Program-made: the position numbers and the translations under genes | Origin: Octopus vulgaris | Taxonomy: Eukaryota | NCBI GenBank assembly: GCA_951406725.2 | Contig: OX597815.1 | Location: 81,344,001-81,408,000, forward strand | Length of the DNA: 64,000 bases | Reading direction: 5' to 3' | Shown: positions 11,831-25,042 of the stretch, piece by piece | Layout: each line of letters begins with the position of its first letter | How positions within the stretch are numbered: the stretch's first letter is position 1 | Notes under the pieces: model-generated | Databases searched by the model: none | The model's input: the letters and a program-made list of their open reading frames with translations, nothing else | Told to the model about the DNA's origin: nothing

Positions 11831-13448
11831 TATATAGAAGCGACGTCAGCGTGAGTACAAGTCGACCCCAGCACAATTTTAGCACCAACTTTGTAAAAAC
11901 GAAACTAAATATTTTCAAGACATGTTTAATCGGCGATTTATATCTTATTTTATTAGAGGGGGAAACTCTCCAGCGTCGATAATATTCGACACTTATACTA
12001 TTATAGCAACGTTGTTCAACAGGGCGCTTCGCTTACAATACACTACACAAGACCAGTTACGATAACTGACTGACAATAGTGGTGGTGGTATTGGCTAGTT
12101 TATAATGGTTTTGTTTATTGCAGGAACAACTTCCACGACTACTGCAGCAGCAGCAGCGGTGAATAATGATGTAATACAACGGCAGTAGTAGAGTACTAAC
12201 GTGTACGCGACCGAGTGGGATGGATGGATGGATGGATGGATGGATGGATGGATGGGTGTACATGTGATGGTAATATATGGGCGCACGGAAACAAAAAAGG
12301 AAAGAAGAGGAGGTGAGAGATTGCGTGACGGGGATTTTGTGGAGGCGACAAAGGGAGAATGTGTGTTTTAGAGAGAAAAAGTGAGCGAGATTGAAAGATG
12401 AATGCGTGAGAGAGAGAGAGAGAGACTTGGATTTCGAAATGTATGTGGTCATTTGTAATGGGAGAAACAGGGGAAGGCGATGGCAGGAGGAATGTCTTTA
12501 CTTTTTTTCTTTTTCTTTTGCCCACGGTCCTTTTCTCATTCTATCATCTATTCAGTCGGCCTGTATGTGTGTATGCACATGCACAAGATGAAGAGCATAG
12601 CAAACTGAGTCTACCTACAGTCTCGATTCCCGGTTACAGTCACATAACGTCACTGTCGAACACTCGTCACAAACATTACAGGGCACGCAATCGCGATATG
12701 GAAGCATGACCAGTACACAACCAAATATTATGTAAGAGCTCAAGCAGAGCAAGAGAGAGAGAGTGGGGAGGAGGAATTGTACGAATGTGTGCCGTGTCTG
12801 TGTGTAGGGTCGTGAGAGAGAAATTATGAGAACGACAGGCTAGAAAATATATTGATGAAAAATCAAAAATGTGATTTCTATTTGCAAGTGTGTGTGTATG
12901 TGTGCGTGTGTCTGCAGCTGTTAATGTGAGACGGATGGGTGGATGGTGAGCGAGAAAGGAAATTTAAGTGTGTATGTAAGTGGCAATTATACGTTTGACA
13001 TCAAAAGATAGGGTTGGAGCAGGCAGTGAGGATAATCTGGTGGGTAGGTCACCCGTGACAGGAGATCTTGCCATCTCCACGCATTTACGATGTCGGGGTG
13101 TTAGAGACAGGAAGAGAAGGTGAAGGGAGAGAAAAAAAAACCCCAGTAGTTTGAAAGTTTTGCAAGAAAGAAACTAAGAAGAAAAGAAAGAACTTGAACA
13201 TCGTTAGTACTGGTGTTGGGAGGCGGTTAGTCCCTAGTCACTATACTACACGTGAGAGAGAGAGAGATGTTTATTAATTCGTTTTAGTCACAACGGCTGC
13301 TATGGACAAACATGTTGAAGAGAAAGCGGTAGTAAGTACGAGTGCGTGAAACAGCGACTGGGTTGTGTCAATTCTGCATTTCCTTTGAAATGATTCAGAC
13401 TGGAGGAAACTGATGGAGACGGGGGTGCATCACATTATTATTATTATT

Positions 13449-13484
<36 letters not shown>

Positions 13485-13575
13485 ACATAGCTAGGCAGAT
13501 TACACATGCATGTATATATCTATGAGTACGGGAGACGGTGAGTATACGATGGCGCGTATGTTAGTGATGTTTTAA

Positions 13576-13895
13576 GTTAGCTAAAATATTTTAGATTTCC
13601 CAAAAATTGTAGAGATAAAAAGAAAAAGAGAATTCTAAAAATAATAATTTAAAAGATAACGATAAAATCGACAAATCCTATTAATATTTTCTTTCTAGCT
13701 TACACACGCGAGCGACGAGAATATTGAAGAAAAGAAGAAAAAAAAGAAAGAAAAAGAAACATGTTTACAACAGCGAAATGTCTTTCTGAGACAAAACAGT
13801 CGCTCCATTTACAAAGAGTGATTTAGAAAAAAACACTCGCTTATCAATAAATACATATGATGTGCTGTGTCCTATATTACTGTAATAATCCTTAG
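13576..13895 (+). repeat. Copy 1 of a roughly 330-bp diverged direct duplication
   Basis: Collinear blocks shared with 18830-19165: GTTAGCTAAA, AATTCTAAAAATAAT, GACAAATCCTATTAATATTT, TGTTTACAACAGCGAAATGT, ACAGTCGC, GATTTAGAAAAA, CTGTGTCCTATATTAYTGTAATAATCC. Confidence 0.85.
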
Positions 13896-14039
13896 TGCTT
13901 GGAAAGGGGAAATATCTATGGCATATACGCATTTATACATGTATGATGTAAAGTATATATGCATGTATATGTCTGAAGGTGTATATACAACTTTTTCTCT
14001 ACGAATTAGTATTATCTCCTACTCGCTTATTTCTGGCCG

Positions 14040-14810
14040 ACGCAAAGATATTCCGTACATCCACACTCAATCTCTATAATTTCGTAACTATCTGTGGGTT
14101 GTCCGACCACAGCCTTATCGCAACTACCTACCTACCATACATTCACGTTCTTCCCAACGCTACCTACTCATGGTACCCCCCAGTCTACAGACTGTCCAGA
14201 GCTTCGCCACCTCTACGCTATTCCCAGTAGCACATGTGCTTCACATCTGACCTATCAGAAACAGTTTTTAAGCATGCCTTTTCCTCATTCTAAACAACAA
14301 AACACGGAAAGACCAGAAACTCACAGTTGCGCTGCTGCAGTCCAGATAAGGGTAGATAAAAAATTTAACAACGTTTGAAGAAAAATCACCAGCCCCTACA
14401 AAAGTGGACGGCTCTTGCGCACTAACACAACGACTACAAGACCATCATCAGAACCTTGAAAGCGACTCGAGTGAATTGGACATCCCTCAAGATCTACAGC
14501 ATTCCAAACTATAGCCAAAGGTTTGGGTCCCTTGCCAAAATTACATCACCCAGCTTTGCCGAATTCTCTTTCTCATTACTTCTCAACTCTGATGTTTGTA
14601 AACACTATTTTTACGAGAAGAAAATTTAGACCTTCAATGCCCGCTTTGCACCCAACTCCACACACATTAACTAAATAGTCTCCAAATCTGTAATTCCCAT
14701 TCTACCAAGTTCGCTATAATGCACAACATACATGCCGTTGCTTCAGACTAACATTGCCCTTGGCAATGTCTTTTCCACTACCCACAAACAATGCACCACA
14801 TTTTCTATTT
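14040..14810 (+). pseudogene. Highly degenerate LINE ORF2 fragment (end of APE domain and linker), CR1/Zenon-like
   Basis: Translated remnants GLSDHSLI (APE SDH motif), SQRFGSLAK (cf. FWSLAK) and FNARFAPNST (cf. FASNST). Many stops and frameshifts. Confidence 0.5.
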
Positions 14811-14830
14811 TCTATCCATCCCTCTCCCTC

Positions 14831-14877
<47 letters not shown>

Positions 14878-14891
14878 TACATACATACATA

Positions 14892-16155
14892 AAGGGGTTG
14901 GACAAAATAATGGAAACACCTAGCATCATTATTTTGAAGTATCTATAAAACCGCCAAAAGCTTGTTTATTTTTATGTTATTCTTTATTTATTATTAGTGT
15001 TACTTAATGTGTTTTGCTAAAATTGCTATTTCTTTTCAGATATCAGAAAAAGGTAGTTAAAATTCATTAAAATGACAGATCTATGGGACTTTCAAAGAGC
15101 TCAAATTGTTGGTGCTCATATGGCAGGCGCTAGCGTAACGAAAACAGCCGAAATGTTTGGTGTATGAAGCAGTACTGTCTCGAAAGTAATGACAGCCTTT
15201 GAGAAAGAGGGGAAAAAAAACTTCCTTGTCGAAACAAAACTCCAGAAGAAAACCAAAACTTTCAGATCGGGACCGTCGGACTCTTACGCGAATTGTTAGA
15301 AAGGATCGCAGAAGTACAGCTCCTAAAATTACTGCAGATATTAATGACCACCTCGAGAACCCAGTTTCCATAAAAACTGTTTGCTGGGAGCTGCACAAAG
15401 CCAGATTTCAAGGGAGGGCTGCAATGAGAAAACTACTACTTTCAAAAACAAAACGTTGCAAAGCGTTTAGAGTGGAGTAAAACCCCACAGAATTGGTCCC
15501 TAGAGCAATGGAAGAATGTTATTTTCTTGGACGAGTCATCCTTTACCTTATTTCCGACCACCGGCCAAGTATACGTGTAGAGACAGCCAAAAGAAGCATT
15601 TGACCTAGACTGCCTTCTTCCAACTGTTAAACATGGAGGATCTGTGTTGGTCGGGGGCGGGGGCTATATCTTCGAAATTCGCTAGCCCAGTGGTTTCCCT
15701 TCATGGCAGGATTAATAGACAAGACTAAGCATTTTATCTGATCAAATTCATCTTATGGTTGCGGAACTGTTTCCGGCGGGAAACGCAATCTTTCGAGATG
15801 ATAACGCACCAATCCACACAGCTAAAGTTGTTACTGAATGGCACGAGGAACATTCTAGTGAAGTTGAACATCTTATCTGACCACCACAGTCCCCAGATCT
15901 CAATATTATTGAACACTTATGATGCATTTTAGAAAAACAAGTATAGAAGTCGATATCCTCCACCATCATCACTACAAAAACTGGAGACTGTTTTAGCTGA
16001 AGAATGGATAAAACTGCCTTTGGAAACAATTCAAACTTTGTATAAGTCCATACCTCATACAATTCAAGCTGTAATTACTGCGAAAAGCGGTCCTACCCCC
16101 ATATTAAAATTTGCTTGAAATTTTAAAATGCTTCCATTATTTTTTCCAACCCCTG
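14892..16155 (+). mobile_element. Tc1/mariner DNA transposon, about 1.26 kb, DD36E spacing (Incomer-like)
   Basis: Left terminal inverted repeat (TIR) AAGGGGTTGGACAAAATAATGGAAACA follows a TA. Right end reads TGCTTCCATTATTTTTTCCAACCCCTG. Encodes a decayed transposase. Confidence 0.92.
15072..16107 (+). pseudogene. Tc1-family transposase pseudogene
   Basis: MTDLWDFQRAQIVGAHMAGASVTKTAEMFGV (HTH), RKPKLSDRDRRTLTRIV, VIFLDES (D1), IFRDDNAPIHT (D2), PPQSPDLNIIE (E). Several in-frame stops and frameshifts. Confidence 0.9.
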
Positions 16156-16179
16156 TGTATAAATACGTATATACACTTT

Positions 16180-16620
16180 TGGAATGTGACCCATTCCCAG
16201 TAAGGATAACTTCTCAGGCCCTGCCAACTATTGTCAAGAATCATTATTGCATCTCACTACTCCTATATGAACAACTCACAAATAGAGCCTTAACCATTAT
16301 TCCAAATGTCACTGAGGACCTCTCCGACGAAAACATCAAGATAGTAAAGACTTCATCTCAAAGAATAGCCATCTCCTGCAACCAAGCAAATTCTTGAGGA
16401 CCAACATTTTACTACCACTCTACAAAGCTAAGTTAAGACCCACAATGGAATAGTGTTCTCACATCTAGGAAGGTGGTGCTGTTACCCACTGAGAAAGCAT
16501 TCAAAGAAAGGCCATTCTACAATTCACTCAGAGCTATTTTCTCTCAGTTCTAACTACAGTGGCCGCTGCTCCTCGCACGTGGACGAGTCTGTTCTACTTC
16601 CACCCAAACACTTCTGACCC
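16180..16620 (+). pseudogene. Continuation of the degenerate LINE (RT C-terminal region)
   Basis: Around 16400-16480 translates as ILLPLYKAKLRPTME*CSHI*EGGA, resembling the LYKAxxRPxMEYCSHxW motif after the RT domain in CR1-group LINEs. Confidence 0.55.
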
Positions 16621-16779
16621 ATTCATCTCTTCTGACACCCAAACTTTAACCACAACGGTCAGTCCTCCTTTCACAGAATGCCGGTACCCTAGAGTACTCT
16701 TCCCTGCACATGGAGAGTAATATTCTAGAGAATAGTTTAAACAGCATGTGTACACAGAAAGAGGAAGGTACTCCCGTGT

Positions 16780-17260
16780 TACGGAAATTGTAAAGTGTGA
16801 CAACTTTCAGGATACTTACAATTCAAGAACACTGGAAAGAAACCGTTAACTGGAAGTGAAGGCAGCAATGCGAAAAGGAACTGTAAGAAGACTATAATGA
16901 ATATGAAACTTGATGCAGGAGGACTAAATCAGCCGCATTGCCAAAATATTAAAGTTTGCAACATGTGCAGTGGGAAAACTCATGGCAATACTGAGAAAAT
17001 TAAGTGAAAGTGCTTTAAGAAGCGCTTGAATATGCACAACATAAAAATGACAGACACAGAGTTTGCTAATTAAGCCCGAGCAGCTGGCGGTGAGGGTGAG
17101 GAGAGACATTGCTAAAAGAAACATACACAAGGGTAAGTATACAATGATAACGAAACTACACTTTTTGGGAAGTGCATATGCGCTAGAACTATTTCTCGAA
17201 AAGAAAAATCAACACTAGGATTTTAAAGATTCTAAAAATCTACGTTTCCTCTGGTTGGAA
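16780..17260 (+). pseudogene. Possible R4/Dong-type non-LTR element 3' relic
   Basis: Only weak remnants: IAKY-like at about 16937 and GSAYALELFL at about 17168 (cf. C-terminal LGTAHILRKVL). Confidence 0.25.
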
Positions 17261-17399
17261 ATACCGCTTAAGTCCCTACTCGAGTGTCACTTTGAAAATC
17301 CAAGGGTTTTCATGGGTTAGGTAAAGTTTAATTTATCTCTGATTTCTCGTTCAAATAGAATGCATTCATGAGTTAAGACATTTTGAAGAGTTTTTTTTA

Positions 17400-18100
17400 G
17401 CTCTTTTGGTCCTGTTATAGAAAAGTACAATGCCAGGCATATTTTCCAGCAAAGCACCAAGACACTCTTTTAGACAATGCATCCAAGAACTTAAATAATT
17501 TTTTCTGATTATATGAGAGTAGAATAAATTCCGAAAAGAAACAATTTCTTTGCTTCAGCCCGATTCAAAGTGTGACAGCCAACCTCAAAGAATATCATAC
17601 AAGAAGAAATTTCAAAGCAATTAAAAGGAGGATAAACCTAAATTAGGGACTTCTGGAAGAAGTTCATCATCATGGATAATAAATGGGTCGTAGCATGAAG
17701 TTTAACCTTAAATTTGAATTGTTCTCGAAAAGTTTCCGTCCAGACTGTATCTGTGACTTCTACAAGCATAAAGTTTACATGAAATTCAGAAAGATATTAA
17801 GATATTTGCAAATGATGTAGAATTTCAAGGAGTCATAGAGAATGGTATGGTTGAGTTACTAGTGCCCCACAGAGAAAGTTTACCTAAGAAGGAGTTGATA
17901 TTGTTAGAACAGGAGCAATCTCAGAATACAGATGAATATACGGAAATTTCGCCAACTCCACTCCAATTAACTGCAAAGAATATTGCTGGGTTGGCATTTA
18001 CAGAAGATCTGCAAGTTTTTGCTGATAACAGCCCTAATAATGAACGTAACATATAAATAACAAGAGCTTACAATGAAATCGGTTTTTACACTGAGCCGTA
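17400..18100 (+). pseudogene. Tigger/pogo transposase C-terminal relic
   Basis: Remnants LFLDNAS (cf. LLDNA), LLQP followed by ANLKEYHTRRNF, IRDFWKKFIIMD, and VELLVPHRESLPKKELILLEQ..FADNSPNNER (cf. ELLxSHxxxLTxEEL..DPNxER). Confidence 0.65.
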
Positions 18101-18829
18101 CAAAGAGATAAGTACCATAAATATAAAACAATTTGAGTAGTAAAAGTTGAACTATAAGGTGAAGAATAAATAATGTCCCTCGTTCTGCCAGTAATACTCA
18201 TTTTCCCACCACTCCTCCCACAAACAGCTTTTGTGGTAAAACGCACCCTATAACGTTTATGTAGTTGTTCTGCAAGATTCTTGATGTGAAATCGTGTGTT
18301 GAAACATATATTGTTTATATACTTGAGGATAGCAAGATATGACCATTTCCAAGTACCCTATTACGATCCTTATTTATTTCTCTTCAAATGTTTTAATGAG
18401 CATATTTTCTTTTCCTTTTTCGTTTTGTTTCACTTGAAAATTCTCATCATGTGTGTAGTATACTGGATGGAAAATATTTCAGGATTTGTTAGATTTTTAT
18501 CATTAGCTTTTAAATTATTATTATTATTATTATTATTTTCAATGCATAAAGGTGTTCGTGCTGTTGGTTCATGTTGCTATTATTATTGATTTTCAGGGGA
18601 AAAATCCGTCGAAACGCACTCTCACTTTATAATATCAGTACATGTGGGAAAATTAATTTCGCGTCTCAACAATATTTTCAGAAACTCATTGCCTCCATAA
18701 AGTGGAGGATCTCCACTACACCCTTACACATACACACGATATATATATATATATATATATATAGCGAGTGTGTGTACGTACATGAGTCAGAGAGGATGAA
18801 CAATTTGTACATGTGTAAAGTGTTCGCAT

Positions 18830-19165
18830 GTTAGCTAAATATTTTTAAATCTACGAAAAATTGGAAAGAGATGAAAAAAAAAAATTAAATAAAATAATTC
18901 TAAAAATAATTTAAAAGCTAATGATAAAAAATCTGACAAATCCTATTAATATTTCCCCTCCAGCATACACACACGACGAGATTTTTGAAGTGAAACAAAA
19001 CGAAAAAGAAAAAATAAACGTGTTTACAACAGCGAAATGTTTTTGTGACAATACAGTCGCCCCATTTATGAAGGGCGATTTAGAAAAACACTCGATTATA
19101 CACACACACACACACACACACATGGATGCGCTGTCTGTGTCCTATATTATTGTAATAATCCCTGT
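18830..19165 (+). repeat. Copy 2 of the roughly 330-bp diverged direct duplication
   Basis: Collinear with 13576-13895. Confidence 0.85.
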
Positions 19166-21092
19166 GGGTGGAGAGAAAAAATGTAGAAGGTACACGCACA
19201 TATCTATCTATCTATCTATCCATCCATCCACACACACGTATGTGTGGATAGATTTTATGCATGTGTGCGTGTATATAAAGAGAGAGCTGCGTGTGTGGGT
19301 GTATTTCATACACATACATGCCAACAAAATTTCCAACATCTAAGCAATTCTCGCTCAAATAGTCATGAGTATTTTTCTTTTTGTCTTTCTTTTCATGCTT
19401 TAAGCAGTTTCTTCACACATACACCATCACCACTTACTATCGCTACAAGTATCTGAGTACATGTGTAAGGAAGGTACTTCGGTCGAAAGTACCTAGCTAC
19501 GGTGAAATGAATAAAAATCTATTAAGAGTCGGGAATATTTTACGTAAACATTATTCGGCCTGATAAAAATGTGTATAACAGATAAATTGTTTGAATATCA
19601 TAGCTGTTATTTATCAGAGAAAGCCTTAATAAATGTGGTTCATATAATATATATATATATATACATAATGTATATTATAAATGCATCAAGATCCGAGGTA
19701 GCATTTCGTGATAACGTGTTCGTGTATGAAAAGAAGAAAAAAAGCTTTTTAATTAACCGGTTGATTGTAATGGACATTATAATGGACAAACGGTGTGTGT
19801 GTGTATGTATGTGTAAGCACATTTATCTCTGTGTATTTATTAATCCTTTTGCTGAAAGAAAATACGCCAGTCGGCTGGCTTTGTTTGTTTCTGTGGGTGT
19901 TCGTGCGTTCGACTATCTTTTTTGTCGGGAGAAGATTCAATTAGGACAATATGTGTTTATTCTGTAACAGTGTGCAATAAAGAGACAAACATTTAAGCAT
20001 AATAAGCATCTTTACATATAAACATATATATTATTTGGAATGTGTTTTCTGCATGATACACGCCCGGCCATTCTACTACTACTACTACTACTACTACTAA
20101 TATTAATAATGATGATGATGATGAACATTAACAAACAAGTATTCCGAGTTTCAAGTGGTTATTAAAACATACATTTTTTTTTTTTCAAAGCCTTTTTTTT
20201 TCCCGGAAGGTAAAACGAGAACACATCAAAAGCAAGTCAACAACAGTAAAAACACTGACGAATAACACACCAGTATCATCATCACCACCACCACCATCGC
20301 CATCAAGTGCCGTGTTGAGAGGGTGGTGGTGGGAAATCGGTCAATAACCTGTTCAGTTCCTTTAAATCTTACACACACACATTATACTCTGAGTGTGTGT
20401 GTGTGTGTTTCAAACTTGGGTTAATCATTTTATGTTTGTTTCGCCTGTGATTTCTCTCTCCTCCATTCTCACAGTCTGTCTCTTTTTTTTTTCTTTTTTC
20501 TACGGCAGCTAACATATTTTTGTGAAGTGGCAGAAGCCACCGTAATCTCTCATACATTCATACACTGGATAAAGCCAAAACCAAAAGTAAAAGAAAATAA
20601 AACCAGAAATACACACACAAACCACACTCATAAACATTAGTAAGAACGATAATAATAATAATAATAATAATTATTATTATTATTAGTGACACGAGGCCAG
20701 GATATTTAGGAATTGTGTAAATGGGTGGGGATAGAGAGACAAATAGCAGACTATTTCGATTCCCACCCCAGTACGCCCCTGGTACTTATATTGAAGACCA
20801 TTAGATCAGAAGTAGTAGTAGTAAATAGAGTGGGGCGCGATTTCATCGATCCAACTGCTTCCCTCAAATTTGTGGATTCTGTCGATCGAAAAATCATCTC
20901 TACATTGTAATTATTTACATTTATTTTTTAATGCGTTCGCTGTTATTTTTTATTTTTATTTTGCATAATCAATTCTACGTAAATTGCTACCGGTATTTTC
21001 TTTCAAATTTGTCCTTGTAATGTCTCCTTCATTCGACGCCCTTGTGGCAAATAAGAGAAATCATTATTGATCACAATAATAATATAATATCG

Positions 21093-21126
<34 letters not shown>

Positions 21127-22062
21127 AGAAATGATTTTACTCTATATTTTAGCAATCGCATTACTAATTGAGGCAAGTAATGATGACAATACAACAGACA
21201 GTACAATTGAAATGATACGACGAAAAGAAATAAACGTGACGGAGGAGAAATATTAAGCAAAACACACGTAGACATACAGAGAGAGAGAGAGAGAAAGAGA
21301 GACATGCAAACAGAAAGCTTAAATGGCAGAAAGACAGACAAAGGGTTAATACTGGGGAATCGGTTCGCGTGTTTCATGGCTGTGATGATATATGTGTTTA
21401 TAATGTAGCTACAATGTGCTATGTTCTTAGATTGTTTGTGTGTTTGACTCGAGCGCACACCTTACTACAATACTGACAGCGTGAGTGAGTGAGTGAGTTT
21501 TAGTTTTGCCTACTCGTTAATACAGAAGAACTAACTAGCTAGCAAAAATACGAATGTCTTATTGACGACGAAAACAACGAACGAAAAATCAAGTGTTGTT
21601 CTTTTTGCTATGGTTTTTGGTTTAGGAGCTTTGATTCAATCATCGACTGACAACAGTTGAAGACAGATCGTTGTTGGACATAAGCAAAATTAAATACACT
21701 CATCTTATGTATATAACCCACACACACTCACTCTGGGTGTTTGTGTGCGTGTGACCAGTATATAGAAATTGTTTGCTAGATTGCCCGATCTCTGAAAAAT
21801 AAATATGGTAAAAAGGTAGAAAAGGGCAGCAGGTACCCATTCCTCCAAACTCTGAGATGCCTGTTACATACAGTTGGCCAAATTCTTCGCACACATGTAC
21901 ACACACACAATATTCTCATCGTTAAACATGCATTAAAAATATACTACAATACATGTGAATGTGTATACGTACAATTGTATGGTATTGTGTAAGGTAGAGT
22001 GTGCGTATATATATGATATATATATGAGCGTGTATGTGTGTGTATAAATAAACCACACTTAC

Positions 22063-22136
22063 CTGTAAGTAGCTTTTGGATAAGGAATAGTAGGTCCAAC
22101 TTTAGAATATTGATATGCATGTAAAATGCTCCACAT
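22063..22136 (-). CDS. Candidate first coding exon of an unidentified host gene
   Basis: The minus strand has AACCATG and an open frame (MWSILHAYQYSKVGPTIPYPKATY) ending at a consensus donor CAG|GTAAGTG. A second ATG at 22120 gives hydrophobic MHINILKLDLLFLIQKLLT in phase 1. No homology recognised. Confidence 0.3.
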
Positions 22137-22656
22137 GGTTAAATATTGTTTGTTGTGCTATTTTAGTACTTCAATATTTGCGTCTGCGTATGTGTTTGTA
22201 TATATGTGAATAAATGTGTTTATATGCGAGAAGGCTCATGTTTTTTTTGTCTTTCGTTAATTTAATTTAATTTTTTTTCTCACGTTTTTTTTTCCCTTTT
22301 AAAATTTTTTTTTTTTAAAGTAATTTTTACACTGGAGGGACAGCTGAAGGTTTGTTTCTACTGTAAATTCTCTTTTCTCCCAACAAAGGAAGAAGAAAAA
22401 AATATCTGGGAGAATGAAACAATTTTAAACACTGCAAAGTATTTTTTGTTTCGTGTGCTAAATTTATGACAATGATAAAAATATTAATAACCGGAAAGTA
22501 TTTCCTCTTTCTCTTTTGTATATATCCATTTTTGTTTTAAAAAGTTTAACGTTGAAAATTTTGGTTTAAATCCTCTTTTTAAAAGACAGCGATCTTTTTT
22601 TTTTAATATATATACATTTGTAAATCCAAGAGCAGAACACACGTGTATGTACGTTC

Positions 22657-22698
<42 letters not shown>

Positions 22699-22967
22699 GG
22701 GGACACACACAACCACACAGAGTAAAATTGGGGCTTGTTGGATTTAAGAGAAAGAGGGCGGAAATTTGGAAGCAAACAAAAAGGGGGAAAAAATTATAAA
22801 AAAGTGTGTACGAGTAAAAATGTGTTGAAAGATGTAGAAAAGGTTAGTTCGTATATCACTAAAAAAATTTTACTTTTTTTTCAAAATGTAAGCAGATAGT
22901 TTTCATATATATCCGATTTGGCTAGCAAAGATTTTTGAAATATGACGACGATGGTAAGATATATATG

Positions 22968-22999
<32 letters not shown>

Positions 23000-23524
23000 T
23001 ATGTATATTGCTTTCTCTTCTCGATGAATTTTCTTTTACTATAATCGTACTGTCATAATACTGTTGCTTTTTTTTATGTTGATAAAAGAAAGGATGGTGG
23101 TGGTTTACACTTGCAGAGGTGGCATTGACGATGATAACGATGATGAATACGAAAAAACGAAGAAGATAAGGGTGAATAAGATGCGGATAATAATAATAAT
23201 AATAATAATGATGTTGATGATGATGCGGCGGCGATGTCACGAATAAGGATGGTAGTAATAATAATAGTAACAACAGTAAAATGCAGCAAGCGACATACTC
23301 CGGGATGTATAAGTGGAACACATTGACAGAATGTAACACAGCAACAATAATAGTAATAATAATAATAATAATAGTGATGAAGAGGAAGTGAATGACGATG
23401 ATGGACGTTTCTGGCCGTGCTATAAATCCAGCACATGTGTATAATAAGTACAATATAATAAACGGTCTGCTGCGTCGCTTGTTAATAATACACACAAGGT
23501 ACTTTCCTTCCTACACAGGCATGA

Positions 23525-23557
<33 letters not shown>

Positions 23558-23949
23558 TACATATATGTGTGAGTATATTTATGTAGATATGTTTACATAT
23601 ATTTATATATGTGTTAATTTGTTTGTTTGTATGTATATATATATATATATATATATTAGATTATATCAACTTAATTGTATCTATATATATACACACACAT
23701 ATATATATTGTTTATATGTCTGCGTGGATATATACATATGTATGTATACGTATTTCTAGTATATTTCCAAAGAGCGCAAGCAACAACAAGCTCTTCTCAC
23801 TGGCCGCCGCCACTGCTGCTGCTGCTAATGCTCTTGTTGTTGTTGCCTGTCTTGCTTCCCTCTCCCCACTCACTATGTTTCAACAGAGAGAGAGAGAAAC
23901 GGGCGGAAAAAAAATGCATTTACGAAGACTGTATGTCTACAGCGAAACC

Positions 23950-24400
23950 CTCCGTCTTCGTACTACCTATCGCTGTCTCTTACACACCCCCTTTCAGTTT
24001 CCTTACTACTTTCTGTCTTTCTTTTACTCACTCACTCAATATCTTTACTATCAATCACTCTCTCTCTCTTTATTTATATATATATATATCATTACCACCT
24101 ATCACTGTCTCTCTCTCATTCTCAGTTTCCTTGCTACCTTTTCATATTCTCTCTTTCTCATTCACCTACCCACTCTCTTTCCTTGTCTATCTCCTCTTAC
24201 ACCCTCTCACTTTCTATTCTTCTCACATACACTCAATTTCCTTACTACTTTCTTTCTATCTATCTATCGTTTTCTCTTACATACGCATTCTCCCTGTCCG
24301 CTTCTGTCTCTTTCTTTCTCTCTCTTATTCTGCCGACTTGCTTCGTTAGCTGGCTTTTTTTCTTTCTTCTTCTTCTCCTATAGTGAAGCACACAATGTTA
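23950..24400. promoter_or_regulatory. Pyrimidine-rich tract in a CpG-retaining, TE-free region; candidate promoter
   Basis: About 450 bp of CT-rich sequence between two divergently oriented ATG-plus-donor candidates. No core promoter motif confidently seen. Confidence 0.25.
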
Positions 24401-25035
24401 GCTTTGCTTGCCTTGCCTTGTAGTAATAGTCAAACAGACACACGTACACACACGTACGTATTGACATATATAGACAAGCAAGCAAGCAAACACGCGCACG
24501 TAGCTTGTACGCGGACAACTACCCCGAAGTCTATACACAACCGAGAGAATAATTTACACGAGAAAGCACCTACTCTCTTTTTACTCCGTCAAGAAAAAAC
24601 ATTTACCTAGCTCGTCAGATCTATAGATAGATACACAGCAAACACGGGTGTGTGTGTATATAAATATATATACTATACAAACATAAGTATACATACACTA
24701 TACAAACATAGGTGCGCGTCTATATATATATATTTATATATATATATATATATACAGACACGCAGGTATAAAAACGTATATGTAATATAAATATGCAAAT
24801 GTATATTTACTGATTAAGCAGCCCCATCATAGCCTTGACCGTAATCGTCAAAACAAAGTAAAGAATTGTAGATCTATATACGTATACGCATAGTGCATAT
24901 AAAAATGAGAAAAACGTGTTTGTATGTGTGTGTGTGCTCGCGTGCAAAAGAAAGAAAGGAATGAGGAGTCGCTAATACTCAGTGTAGCAAATACACCTGC
25001 ACTCAGAATAATAGCAGACAACGGGTATATATATA

Positions 25036-25042
25036 ATGTCTG
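25036..25042 (+). CDS. Candidate start codon at the end of a first exon (ATG TCT G|gtgagt)
   Basis: ATAATGTCTG is directly followed by the consensus donor GTGAGTAT. Signal-only evidence. Confidence 0.2.
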
